64,000 bases of DNA from Squalus acanthias (lineage: Eukaryota): positions 75,640,001 to 75,704,000 of the forward strand of contig CM059439.1 in assembly GCA_030390025.1 (NCBI GenBank), written 5' to 3'. Of the stretch, positions 12,022 through 24,175 are shown in pieces. The position numbers and the translations under genes are program-made. Positions within the stretch are counted from its first letter, which is position 1; the number at the start of each line of letters is the position of its first letter. The notes beneath the pieces were generated by a model. That model saw only the letters and a program-made list of their open reading frames with translations. It had not been told where the DNA came from and did not search any database.

Positions 12022-12415
12022 AATGACTGGATGTGTACAGTTTGGGTCTCCTTACCCAAGGAAGGATATACTTGCCATAGAGGGAGTGCAACAAAGGTTC
12101 ACCAGACTGATTCCTGGGATGGGAGGATTGTCCTATGAGGAGAGATTGAGTAGACTAGGCCTATATTCTCGAGTTTAGAAAAATGAGGGGTGATCTCATT
12201 AAAACATACAAAATTCTTACAGGGCTTGACAGGGTAGATGCAGGGAGGATGTTTCCCCTGGCTGGGGAGTCTAGAACCAGGGGTCACAGTCTCAGAATAA
12301 GCGGTCGGCCTTTTAGGACTGAGATGAGAAATTTCTTCACGCAGGGGTGGTGAACCTTTGAAATTCTCTACCCCAGAGGGCTGTGAAGGCTCAGTCGTTG
12401 AGTATATTCAAGACA

Positions 12416-12598
12416 TGATGCGGAGATGCCGGTGTTGGACTGGGGTGGACAAAAGTGAGAAGTCGCACAACACCAGGTTATAGTCCAACAGCTTTATTTG
12501 AAATCACAAGCTTTCGGAGCGGCTGCTCCTTCGTCAGGTGAAGTGAAGATTTAAATAAAACTGTTGGACTATAACCTGGTGTTGTGCGACTTCTCATT
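12416..12598 (-). mobile_element. Non-autonomous Penelope-like insertion (family B) with hammerhead motif and short inverted arm
   Basis: Same sequence as the ends of 46813-47700. Inverted arm at 12553-12596. TSD TATATTCAAGACA at 12403-12415 and 12599-12611. Confidence 0.85.
12504..12542 (-). ncRNA. Minimal type-I hammerhead ribozyme motif
   Basis: Minus strand reads TTCAC CTGACGA A GGAGC-AGCC-GCTCC GAAA GC TT GTGA. Confidence 0.72.
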
Positions 12599-14294
12599 TA
12601 TATTCAAGACAGAAATTGATAGATTTTTGGATATTAAGGGAATCAAGGGATAGGGGATAGTGCAGGAAAGTGGAGATGAGGTAGATGATCAGCCATGATC
12701 TTATTGAATGGCTGAGCAGGCTCGAAGGGCCTACTCCTGCTCCTATTTCTTATGTTATCAGACTTTGCTGATTATTTAACTGTTATACCATGGTTTCATT
12801 TGAGTCCATCTGCTTATAAGATAATTCAGGTATAATATATGCATTTTAGTTTCCAGATCCTAAGTATTTGCATGCAAGCACATTCCTCTGTACATGTGAT
12901 TTATGGGCGACAATGCTAACACTCACTCTTGAAGCTCACGTCAATAACAGTTGCTCGGCGAGAGGTACCAGCTGGCACTCATGGAGCTGTGCCCAAGCAA
13001 GGAAGTTAGAGGAGGAGGGCAGGGTGGGGGGAAGAGAAAGTAGAAAAGTGGCAAGAAATAAAAGATTAATTTGCAGATGTCCAGTCCTTGGTTGATTAAA
13101 CTTCTGTCTTCTCTACACACGCCTCCCTTTGTTAGTAAAAGGGACGTCTTTAAAAATGTCATTGGTGCTTGGTGGAAATGCCTTGCACCACCTCAAAGAA
13201 TACTAGCGAGACATCATCGACAGTGTGTGTTTAGTCTCTAAAAATACCTCAAGATTCAGCTTCAAAAATGTTATTGATAAAACATAATGACAGAATGATA
13301 TTTAAAACAAAAAACTTTATTGCATCCAGTTTATCTTTGCTTAAGCAAATAAAACAAATGAGTCAGTGTTCCATCCCCAGCCTATCACAACACTTGATTT
13401 CCTTTGATTTCTGGAGGCATTGTTAGGTTTTGTTTATACCATACGCTTATTGTCAGTTTACAGCTGTGACACAACAAATCCTCCAAGTGTAAATATTATA
13501 ATGTTCTTCAGCCAAGAGGCCCCAGCAAATGGACTTGATTTGCACTGTGGAGTTAGAGACATTGTATCCATGATAACCTTGTACTGCTTTTGTTTTGTAA
13601 ATAGAAATTCAGTGCCGTGTGGAGCTGGTTGCTACCCAATGAGGGGAGGGATATGAACCAAGGATGAATCAAACTCATCACCTGTTATATCCCTTCCAGC
13701 AACTGGTTGCAATTGGCAGAGCAGCTTGCCTTTGTGCAAGTGGCATGGTGGATCCAAATTTAAAATATTTTGGAGAACAGTATCACGTGTGCCATGAATG
13801 GAATTGAAGCCCAGATAAAAGTTGCTTGATTACATTGATCTGAATTGAATGTGATTTTTGTGCAAACATGGGTATCTATCCCTTGTTAAAATAAAAATCA
13901 ACCCGTCAGATGGGACACACCTTCCTACATACGCGATTATGGCCTCTGTACAAGGAGTATAATTTGCTTGGGGGAAGGGGAGAGGAGCTCTGTAAACAAA
14001 TACACGCACCACAATACCCCACACCAACAGAAAAATGTAACCCCATTATACACGGTTTACAATTACAGTTTGAAGTGCAAGGGACTTAATATTGACATTA
14101 AATTGCTGGCAAGATTTTTTTTTTGGTTTTGCAGAATTTTAAAATGGCGCATGAATGCAAGAAGTTGAATTGAATGCTAATCATAGAATCATACTGCACA
14201 GAAGGAGGCCATTTACCCCATCATGTCTGCTCTTTGAGGGAGCTATCCAATTAGTCCCACTCCCCTACTCTTTCCACAGAGCCCTGCAAATGTT

Positions 14295-16310
14295 TCCTTA
14301 CCTGAACAGGTGATTGTTACAATTCATATCAGCTGTTGAGTTGCTTGGAGTATTTGCCAATGATTGAGAGGAAAGGGAGGTTGGAGATGGTCCAGTAGTT
14401 TAAGGACAGAGGGATGACGTTTTTATTTGAGGAGAGGGTGATGACAGCAGGGAGGGGGAATCATACCTTTAGGAGAGAACATCATTTACAATATGAGCTA
14501 GCATGAGGGCCAAGAAGGGAGGTTGAGTGGTCATTAGTTTAGTGGGAATAGGGTACAGAGAGTAGAAGGTGGGTCTCATGGACAAGATGTGCTGGGAAAG
14601 GGAAGAGGAGGAGATAGAGAGAAACTCGAGAAAGATGTGGGTTGCGGGCTAGAGGAAGGGAAGGGTGCAGCAGAGGCAGCTGAACGGATGGTCTCAATCT
14701 TAGTGACAAAGATGTCAATGGGCTCCTCAAACTTGTTGGAGGAGAGCGAGTGAAGGAGGCAGGGAGAAGGGTTTAAGACGACAGTTGGTCGTGGAGAAAA
14801 GAAACCGGAGGTTATCTTTGCATTGCTGGAGTAGTCAGCAGTTTCTGCAGTGGAGAGCAGATCCCGATGGTGCTTGATGTGGTTCAGCCAGATCTGGCAA
14901 TGAATGGCTAAACCAGGTGTGCATCACATACGTTCAAATCTACACCCCTTGGAATTAACTGAGCGAAGGTGGGGGCCATACCAGGTGGAGTGACCAGGGC
15001 GGGACAGAGCAAGGGCTTTACTGGGAACAAGGGCATTAAAAGATGGAGGAGAGGGTGTGATTGAGCAGATCGATTGCTGCAGAATATCGTGGCAAAGGCT
15101 AGACAGTTAACATAAGAAATAGGAGCAGGAGTAGGCCATTTGGCCCTTCGAGCCTGCTCCGCCATTCAATAAGATCATGGCTGATCTTCTACCTCATCTC
15201 CACTTTCCTGCACTATCCCCATATCCCTTGATTCCATTAATATCCAAAAATCTATCGATCTCTGTCTTGAATATATTCAACGACTGAGCCTCCACAGCCC
15301 TCTGGGGTAGAGAATTCCAAAGGTTCACCACCCTGTGTGTGAAGAAATTTCTCCTCATCTCAGTCCTAAATGGCCAACCCCTTATTCGGAGACTGACCCC
15401 TGGTTCTGGATTCCCCAACCAGGGGAAACATCCTCCCTGCATCTACCCTGTCAAGCCCTGTAAGAATTTTGTATGTTTCAATGAGATCACCTCTCATTCT
15501 TCTAAACTCTAGAGAATATAGGCCTAGTCTACTCAATCTCTCCTCATAGGACAATCCCCCCATCCCAGGAACCAGACTGGTGAACCTTCGTTACACTCCC
15601 TCAAATCTGCACATGACCATGCTTGAAATGATCTAGCAATGCTTGATCACAACACCAACTGAGAGTTTGAAAATGCCCTTCCAAGTGACTCGAGGGAGTT
15701 TTTTTTCCCTTCCAGGGGTGGATGCAGAAAGAAGTGAGGTTGGAAGGAGGATGAGAGTGGTGAGGGATACAAGGAAGTGATCAGAGATGGCCTTGGCTGT
15801 GATCGAGATGATGGGAATAGAGAGGCCACATAAAATGTTAAGGCCAAAGGGGTGGCCTTGAATATGGGTAGCAGGGTTCATATGGGAGGGACAGGTTATA
15901 GGAGGACAGGAGGGCATTGATCTCGAAGGATAGAGGGGCAAGGTGAGTTGAGATGGAGGTTGAAATCACAGAGGATGGGGAGTCGCTCAGTACAGGAGGT
16001 TGATAGTTGGGAGTTTGAAAGTGCCATTATAAGTGACTGGAGGCAGAATGCCGAGAGAGGCACAGAGGGAACCTTTAAGCTTATACAAGAGGGAGCCAAG
16101 CCTTGGATGGCAGCAGGAGAGTCAGAAAGTAGAGGAATAGTGACGGCTTCGGATAGGGATTTGGAGGGTCAAAGTACCTGGGTGGGAAGAAATGAAAGGA
16201 GGCATGACTGGGTAACAGGAGAGAGAGAGAGAGAGAGAGAAGGGGCCCAAGATAGTTAACGAGAAAGGGAGATAGGAGTAATAGTATAGAGCAGCAGCCA
16301 AAATGTGCTT
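14295..16310 (-). mobile_element. Decayed L2-type LINE (endonuclease region), interrupted by a CR1
   Basis: Purine-rich plus strand. Minus-strand remnants ILCDFNLH and AISDHFLVS are APE endonuclease motifs. Confidence 0.75.
15109..15600 (-). mobile_element. CR1 LINE 3' fragment (fairly young)
   Basis: ORFs MGGLSYEERLSRLGLYSLEFRRMRGDLIETYK and FRTEMRRNFFTHRVVNLWNSLP; CR1 tail at 15109. Confidence 0.92.
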
Positions 16311-19165
16311 GCAAATAGACACTAAGGAAATTCAGGTTACTGAATCACAACTTACTTAAGCTCAAACTTCTGTACAATGTTTAGTTGGGAAGAAAGGTTT
16401 TGTTCTCTCCCAGTAGTGGGTTCAAGCAGTTTCAAAGGAGCCTCAACTCTGCACATGACCTTGCTTGAAATGATCTAGCAATGCCGGAGCACAACACCAA
16501 GTGCCCGTAGCAGAATCAGGCTCCGCTTTACAGCAAGACATCCATCACCTTTAATGGACATATAAAGCCATCCAAAGGCTACTGAAATAATTCTGACCTT
16601 CAAGAAAAAAGAGTCTTTAATGACCAACATAATTCACTAAAAATGGATAAGACCAAACAACATTTATTGAAACACTGAAAATTTAAGACTATTATTATAA
16701 ATGTTAATTAATACACATGGAAATGCAGTTAGATCAACATGGCAACTACTGATGAATGTTAAAGCCTATTTTTAAATGCAGCCTAGTTGTCATTACTCTA
16801 GATAGTAGCTCTAACCTGGGCTCTTGCCAAGTCTAACCCTAATCTCTTCATCAAGTCAGCAAACACTCCAGTTGCAAGGTCTCATTTCTTTCTACAGAAA
16901 CACTGCAATCATTTCTTCAGGACAAAGATAGAGGAGAACGAAATTGGCAAATAAACCACCCAGACTGATTAGTTCACCAGACTTGCTACTGGCAATGATT
17001 CAATGTACCAGTACAATCAATTTGTTTCAAGAACATTTAGAATTCAGTTTTTAGTCTTACTTAATATATAGTCTTCATTCTGCACTTATTTCTGTTCAAC
17101 CTCATTCAGTTCTGTACAATTCAACAGATCTTTGGACAATATTGAAAGACAGCAGGACATATCAAAACAAGAGAAAGCTACAGGTGGTGTAAGTCAGATC
17201 TCACTTTACAGGAACCTCCCAGAGCAATGGAAGGCGATGCTCTCGAATTGTTTCAGCATCTTAACACAGGTTGCTACTTGCTCCTTTTTCTATATGCACA
17301 CATCGTCCTTTCACACGCAAATTTCCTTTCACATCACAGACTTCACTTTGCTTGTTCAATGTTTCACGATGTTGGTTGTGTGGGCCTCATATTTTGATTT
17401 TACACCCCTCAGGCACGATGGGCTGAATGGCTGCCTTCTGTGCTGCAAGATTCTATGATTTGAGACCACATTCGGGAGGCCATCTCGCGTTGGTTTGCGC
17501 TCACACCAAGTGCAGTACAAATAATGCTGTATTCAAAGCAAAGCGATCTTTGTCCTGCACTAATGTGCCTCAGCCTCCATCTCAATGTCGTGACATTTTT
17601 CTATTTTCATCAGCCATTATCTTGTAGACTGTCAAGTGAGATAGTCAATCAGTACAAACGCGACTAAACAGGAGGTAGCTGGAAATGATAGTACGCTATA
17701 TAGAGCAGTCCCACTAATCTGAAGATCTGTAGCCAAGTGGTTGCTAAATAGATAGGTCAGAGATTAAAGATTGATCTTTAGGCCAAACGAAAAAGAATTT
17801 GCTTTTAATATATAAACTAATTCTTTACAAGTATGATTGTCATGTCTGTTTTGGAGTTGAATCTTCTCAACTGAAAGCACTTCAACCAACAGACTGCGGT
17901 GAACACGTCAAAATTGACATTAATATACTGTTACCGACATAAAACAGTCTTCAAAGTTTGAGAGCCTTCCAGTTTACATCATCTCAGCTACTCACCCCCT
18001 CTCCTTCCCCTCGCCCATCAAGTCAAACCTCCCTCCAGGCCCCACTGTCCTGCTGGTGAACCCAGTTTGTTTGCTTTTTCTTCCATCTCCCCTATATCCG
18101 CTCCCCCTCTAGGTTTATCCAAATAGCCCCCATTTGAATGAGATTGAGAAAAATAATTGAAAGCTCTTTCTTCGTCCATGCTGACACTGCACTACTTTCC
18201 CGGATAGCAGAGGAAATTTGGCAACAAAAAAACCCAACAGAAACCGTGTCTTAAATACAAAACAATATCATGCCCTTAACTAAATTATCTAAAAGCTGGA
18301 CTGTTGCAGAGATTCTAACAGACAAACATTTGGTACAATAAACACATTTCCACCGCTAGAGAGGGGTTTCAATTTTACTTGCAAACAATTTGATTTTGGA
18401 CTGCATGACAATTTAACTGAAGGACCAGATTTGAGTTATGTGCGCATATAGAATCTTGTGGAAAGCAGTCACGGATTAGCAGGACCACACAGCGCCCAAG
18501 GACTCTATTCCCTTCCATGCAGTTCTTTTGGATGAGGTAAGCACTGCTTGATGCAGAAAACACTGCTGCAGCAAGAAGCTGAATGTAAAAGCGAAGAAAC
18601 TCATCTAACAAATTATAGAAGTATTGCAAAAGTTGCATGTTAAATCTTTTTCAGTCACGGTCCTCTGGTCTTCTATTTCTAGACAGATTAGCTACACTTT
18701 GAAATAGAGCAAAACTGACTCGGTTATCACGTGGATAATTACTGAAGGGGTAGAGCTGGCTAAACTAAGGAACTGCTACCCAATTGCAGTTGTTTTTACT
18801 TCTGTGTTTAAATCCTCCTTCAGGACTGGAATGGCTCACGAAGAGCCAAAGACAATGCTGTGCGACCTCCTGATGTCTCAAAAAAAACAAAATTCCCCAC
18901 TGTCTGTGTTGTTCTTGGCACAGTTTCACAGTCTGGTCGGCATTGTAGGGAATTAAAATATAGAGCTGACTGCTGCAACATTCTAACTAGTACTGTTTGG
19001 GAAAGAAAAATTGTTATCAAAATATAACAGAGGACTGGGGGCGTGCAGAGTGTGGTCAAATGTTAAATCGATGGACTGCTCTGTTTAATTCAAAATAAGG
19101 CTGATTAACTGCAGTTAAAAAAAAATCCTTTTAGATGATGTCGTTTCTGCTGTCATGTTGATTCG

Positions 19166-19594
19166 AAAAAGACTTGCATTTATATAGCGCCTTTCACGAC
19201 CTCAGGTTGTCCCCCAAAGCACTGTTGTAATGTAGGAAACACGGCAGCACATAGCATTTGTGATAATGACCAGATAATTTTTTTTAGTGATGCTGATTGA
19301 GGGATAAATATTGGCCAAATCTCCCCTTCGAAATAGTGCCATGGGATCTTGTATATCCACCCGAGGGGGCAGATTGGTTTAACATCTCATCTGAAAGACG
19401 GCAGCTCCGACAGCGTAGCACTCCCTCAGTACTGCACTGGAGTGCCAGCCTAGATTTTGTGCTCAAGTCTCTGGTGTGGGACTGGAATCTACGGCCTACT
19501 GACTCAGTGGGTGAGAGAGTGAGAGAGTGAGTGAGTGAGTGAGTGAGTGTGAGTGAGTGAGTGGTGAGGAGAGCTGCCCACTGAGCCAGGGCTC
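19166..19594 (-). mobile_element. tRNA-head Deu-domain SINE (SacSINE1-like) with an internal (GAGT)n expansion
   Basis: Reverse complement of the family at 30082-30535; microsatellite at ~19515-19565. Confidence 0.8.
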
Positions 19595-20307
19595 AGAAGG
19601 AAACTGTTTGAGCTGTATAAACAAAGAAGGTTTGTGCTTTCTTCCCCAGTCAATGCGGAGTTAGCTGATAGCAGCAGTTAGTCACAGCACCCTTGGGAAG
19701 AGCGAGAGAGAGAAAAAGAAAAAGAGAGAATACTCACCATCAAAACATTCACTAAGAATGGCCACTGGGGGGAGCTACTAGAAGTATGGAACCATACCCT
19801 GTGAACGAGCCAACACTTTTAGGAAGACAGCTTTATAATCCAAATTGTTGCTATCACCTTCAATCTATATCTTATGAAGCAGAAAGAAACATTTGTGTTT
19901 ACTTTTAGGCTGTACTGTACTCCGCTTAGCAGCAGCTATCATGCATCAGATTAAACATCTGCTCAACATGTAGACGCTCCAAAAAAATTGAACACTAGGA
20001 ACCAGTAACATGCATAAATGAAAAGAAACCAGTCCAGCCTAAAATCTATTCTGAAAGTTCAGATGTAAATGGAGAAATTCATTGCAAGATTACAGATAAG
20101 TGATTTCCAACAGGCATGCTATTTCAAGTTAATATTTCACTTTAGAAGCTTGAAATCAAGTAGTGCTAAGGTATCACAGGCTAATTTTGGAAACACAGAC
20201 TGATGGCGTTCCACCCACCTGTTCAAGTTTTGCCCCACTCAAAGATCAGCCCTTTGACAGCTCAGAAACTGCACCCATCACTACATCTCCAACACCCACC
20301 CACCCAT

Positions 20308-20985
20308 CATTCTGTCTTTCGGATGAGACATTAAACTGAAGCCCCGTCTGCTCTCTCAGGTGGACGTAAAAGATCCTACGACACTGTTTCGAAGAAGAGC
20401 AGGGGAGTTATCCCCGGTGTCCTAGCCAATATTTATCCATCAATCAACATCACTGAAACAGATTATCTGGTCATTATCACATTGCTGTTTGTGGGAGCTT
20501 GCAGTGCGCAAATTGGCTGCTGCGTTTCCCACATTATAACAGTGACTACGCTTCAAAAAGTACTTCATTGGCTGTAAAGTGCTTTGGGACCTCCGGAGAT
20601 CATGAAAGGTGCTACAGAAATGCGAGTCTTTCTTTCCCTACCAACCCACTGTTATTTTCAAACCCATCACAGTTGTGAAAAAAATAAATAAAATTGGTAT
20701 GACCTTAAACTCAGACCCTGCTGCCTGTTCAGGTGGACATAGGATTCCATGGCACTGTTCAAAGAAAAGCAAGGTGCTCTCTCCCACTGTCCTGGCCAAC
20801 ATTCATCCCTCAACCAACAAAAACAAAAAGACTGTTTAAATGGTGATTCATCCCATTTACTTGCTACATGCAAATTGGCTATCATATTGTCTACACAGTA
20901 ACAGTGACGACACTTCAATAAAAGCAATTCACTGCAAAGCATTTTGAGCTGTCCCAATGACATGATAAGACATTACATAAATGTA
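20308..20985 (+). mobile_element. Two tandem headless Deu-SINE copies (20308-20640 and a more decayed one at 20705-20985)
   Basis: Deu core CTTTCGGATGAGAC.TTAAAC...CAGGTGGACGTAAAAGATCC and an L2-like tail. Confidence 0.8.
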
Positions 20986-20989
20986 AGGA

Positions 20990-21360
20990 GGGTATGGTCG
21001 TGTAATGGTTATGTAACTGGACTAGTAATCCGGAGGACCTGGACTAATAACCCAGAGGACAGGGGTTCAAATCCCACCATGGCAGCTTGAGAATTTGAAT
21101 AAAAAAATTTTTAATTTTTTTTTTAAATCTGGAAATAAAAAGCTGCTATCAGTAAAAAAAAAAAGTGACCACGAAGTAGTTGGATGGCTGTAAAAACCCA
21201 ATTGGCTCACTGATTAAGGAAATCTGTTGTTCTTGCCCGGTCTGGCCTATATGTGACACCAATGTGGTTGATTCTTAACTGCCCCCTGACGTGGCCTGGC
21301 AAGTTGCTCAGTTGCATCACCACCTTCTCAAGGGCAATAAATGCCAGCGATGCCCAGAAA
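20990..21360 (+). mobile_element. tRNA-derived SINE of a second family
   Basis: B-box GGTTCAAATCCC. The tail AAGGGCAATAAATGC is shared with the LINE fragments at 29310-29590, 32180-32580 and 39445-39535. Confidence 0.7.
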
Positions 21361-21425
21361 AAACAAATCCAAGTACTTTCTTCTTCCTGTTCAAATTTCA
21401 CCTTGAAGCATAACCAAAAACACAA

Positions 21426-22109
21426 TGGCCCAGATATTCCGATCCCTACGGGTGTGTACCCACCCATAGGGACATCGGAAATGCTGGTTTCAGGCATGCA
21501 CAGCGCATGCGCTGAAAACCGCCATTTCCGATCTGTCAAGAATGGTCTTGACAGATCCTCCGGCTGCCCTGGAGAAGGGCCTCTGCGGGCAGATAGTTCC
21601 GCTTTTTGGAGACCCTCCGCCCGCAGAAAACCCTTACAATTCTTATGCCTGGTAAAAAATAATTTCCCCCCCCCCACTGATTTATCATTTAAAAATACTT
21701 TTAATTAAGTTTATTTTTAGCCCCGTAAAAAATGTTTTTTTTTTCAAAAAATTACATTTTTGTTTAAAATACTAATTTATTGTAATTAAGTCATTTTAAA
21801 AATGTGATTTAAAAAAAAAATATTTAAAGTTTTACTATCTTTTTGGGGTGATCTCCATTCATATTTTTGACAGGTCTTCCTGTCAAGTTTATGAAGGGAG
21901 ATTCCCTTCTTTGATTGGCTCCCCATGGCCCATGTGATCCCAGCGAACTACATGCGCCCCTGGGATATGTGGGCCCTGCGCACTTGGAGTTTGGAGAGGC
22001 CCAGGATCGGAAGCGTGCGTGTCCCGGGAGCCCTCAGGTAAGAGTTTAGATTTTTCCAGATCGCAGGCTTCTGCCCGCGGGAGGCCTGCAATCGGACAAT
22101 ACAGGCCAA
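21426..22109. mobile_element. MITE-like non-autonomous DNA transposon
   Basis: Imperfect TIRs TGGCCCAGATATTCCGAT / ATCGGACAATACAGGCCA; GC-rich ends around an AT-rich centre. Confidence 0.6.
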
Positions 22110-22794
22110 TGTGACTGCACTCGTAATGAAAGTGCAGCCAAGATGCAACTTGAGATTATGGTAACTGGCTGTTGGTTACGCAAATAATAAAAAGTCGCAT
22201 CTTCAGTCTTTCATAAATCAGAACTAATAAAAGCTTCCCATTGTTTCACAATGGGTGGCTCAAAGGTCAGTTTTCCTTTCCTTAATTTAAAAAGGGATTC
22301 GAGAGACTTTTCCCTTTAATTTCAAAAGGCACGCATTGCGTTCTTCAAATAGACTTCCAATTTATATTATGTTCATTTACTTGCCCTGCTGCCATCATCT
22401 CCACCACCATCCCATTTCCCAACCCCAATTCAGATTGCCAATTGTGCATAGTGGGGTGGGTTAAAAAGTACAAGAAAGGGAGAGAGTGGAAAGCATTTGA
22501 AGGGAGCACTGGGAAGAAAACAAATTCAGAGTGTCCTGGATAAATTTAGCTTCACATACTGTTGCTCATGTTTTTCATCTGCACCTCCTGTTTATGACAA
22601 TAACTTATTTATCCAACACTCCCTAGTGTCAAAGGAAATCCTGAAGTAAATGTTTGCAGTTGAAGGACTGAACATACTTTTGATGGTTCATGAAAACAGT
22701 TCTCAGCTAGTAGGAACACTTTTATTTGAGTGCAAGCTGCCAACATTTCAAGGATTCTTCGACAAAGAAAATGTTCTCAATTTCCATGCCCATC

Positions 22795-24175
22795 TTTCCC
22801 GTAACACTCTGAAGCTATGCAATCAGGTTTCCAGTCCCAAGGTGACACTGAAACAGCCCTAAACACAAGTCACAAATGACATCCTCTGACTGTAACCATG
22901 GTGCATTATCCCTCCCCAACCTCTATGCAGCCTTTGACTCAGTCGAGCACACAATCCCCCTCCAACACCTCTCCTCCATTGTCCAGCTTAGTGGGACAGT
23001 CATTGCTTGGGTCCACTCTTACCTACCGAATTGTAGCCAGAGCACCTCCACCAATGGCTTCTCTTTCCACCCCCATACAGTTACCTCCGAAGTCCCCAAG
23101 GGCTCTATTCTTGCCCCCTTCCTCTTCCTCATCCACAGGCTGGCCCCCTTGGTGCCATCATCTGCAGACATGGGGTTAAGCTCCACATTTACAATGATGA
23201 CACCCAGCTCTACCTCTCCATCCAAAGATGTGCGGGTTAGGTTGATTTGGCTATGATAAATTGACCCTTAGTGTTAGGGGGATTAAATACGTGGGGTTAC
23301 GGGGATAGGGTGGGATATGTGTCGGTGCAGGCTCGATGGGCCGAAATGGCCTCTATCTGCATTGTGGGGCTTCTGTGAAATTTCTCCAGCTAAACATTGG
23401 GAAGACCAAAGCCATAGATTTTGGCCCCTGCCACAAACGCCATACCCTTGCCAATGGCTACATCCCCCTCCCCACTCACCGTCTCGGGCTGAACCAGACT
23501 GTTCCCAAACTCAGCATCCTATTTGATCCCATATCCTCTCCATCACAAAGACTTATTTCCAACTTTGTAACATTGCCCATCACTGCCCTATCAGACCATC
23601 TGCTGCTGAAAGTCTCATCCATGCCTTTGTCACCCGCAGACTCGACTATTGCAATGCTCTCCTGATCAGACTTTCATTATCTATAAGCTTCAGCTCAACC
23701 AATACTTTGTTACCCATATCTTAACCTGCACCAAGTGCCACTCACCCAACACTCCTGTGTCCTTGCTGACCTACATTCGCTTCCAGTCACACAATGCCTC
23801 AAATTAAAAATTCTCATCCTTATGTTTAAATCTTTGCATGGCCTCTATTTCTCTCACCTTTTCCAACCCTACAAACCATCCCCCCCCCCCGCCCCCCTAC
23901 AAAGTCTCCATTCCTCAGACTCTGGCCTCTTGTGCAACCCCTTCCCTTCACCCCACCATTGGTGACAATGCCTTCAGCTGCCCGGGTCCCATGCTCTGGA
24001 ATTTCCTTAAACCCCTCCATATCTCTGTCTGCCTTCAAGACCCTCCTTAAAAACCCATCTTTTGCTCAATCCTCTAATATCTATGGCTTTGCTGCAATTT
24101 TTTGGATTACACTTCTGTGAAGTAACTTGGAACATTTTTCTACATTAAAGTTGCTTTCTAAATGCAAGTTGTAAT
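22795..24175 (+). mobile_element. L2-type LINE 3' region (RT remnant), interrupted by a V-SINE
   Basis: Remnants L.AAFDSVEH, VPKGSILAPFLFLI, QLNIGKTKAI; tail TAAATGCAAGTTG. Confidence 0.85.
23220..23382 (+). mobile_element. 5'-truncated V-domain SINE (HE1-like)
   Basis: TCCAAAGATGTGCGGGTTAGGTTGAT..GGCTATGATAAATTG core, with a CR1-type tail GATGGGCCGAAATGGCCTC. Confidence 0.7.

Larger units (their letters stand above)
12028..12760 (+). mobile_element. CR1 LINE 3' fragment, interrupted by a Penelope-like insertion
   Basis: Remnant of QRRFTRLIPGMGGLSYEERL... plus CR1 tail (CCTACTCCTGCTCCTATTTCTTATGTT). Near-identical to the minus-strand copy at 15109-15600. Confidence 0.9.

Noticed and set aside
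17127-18545. Plus-strand micro-exon candidates (17128-17188; 18522-18537)
   Set aside because: Splice-like motifs only; the translations match nothing I recognise.
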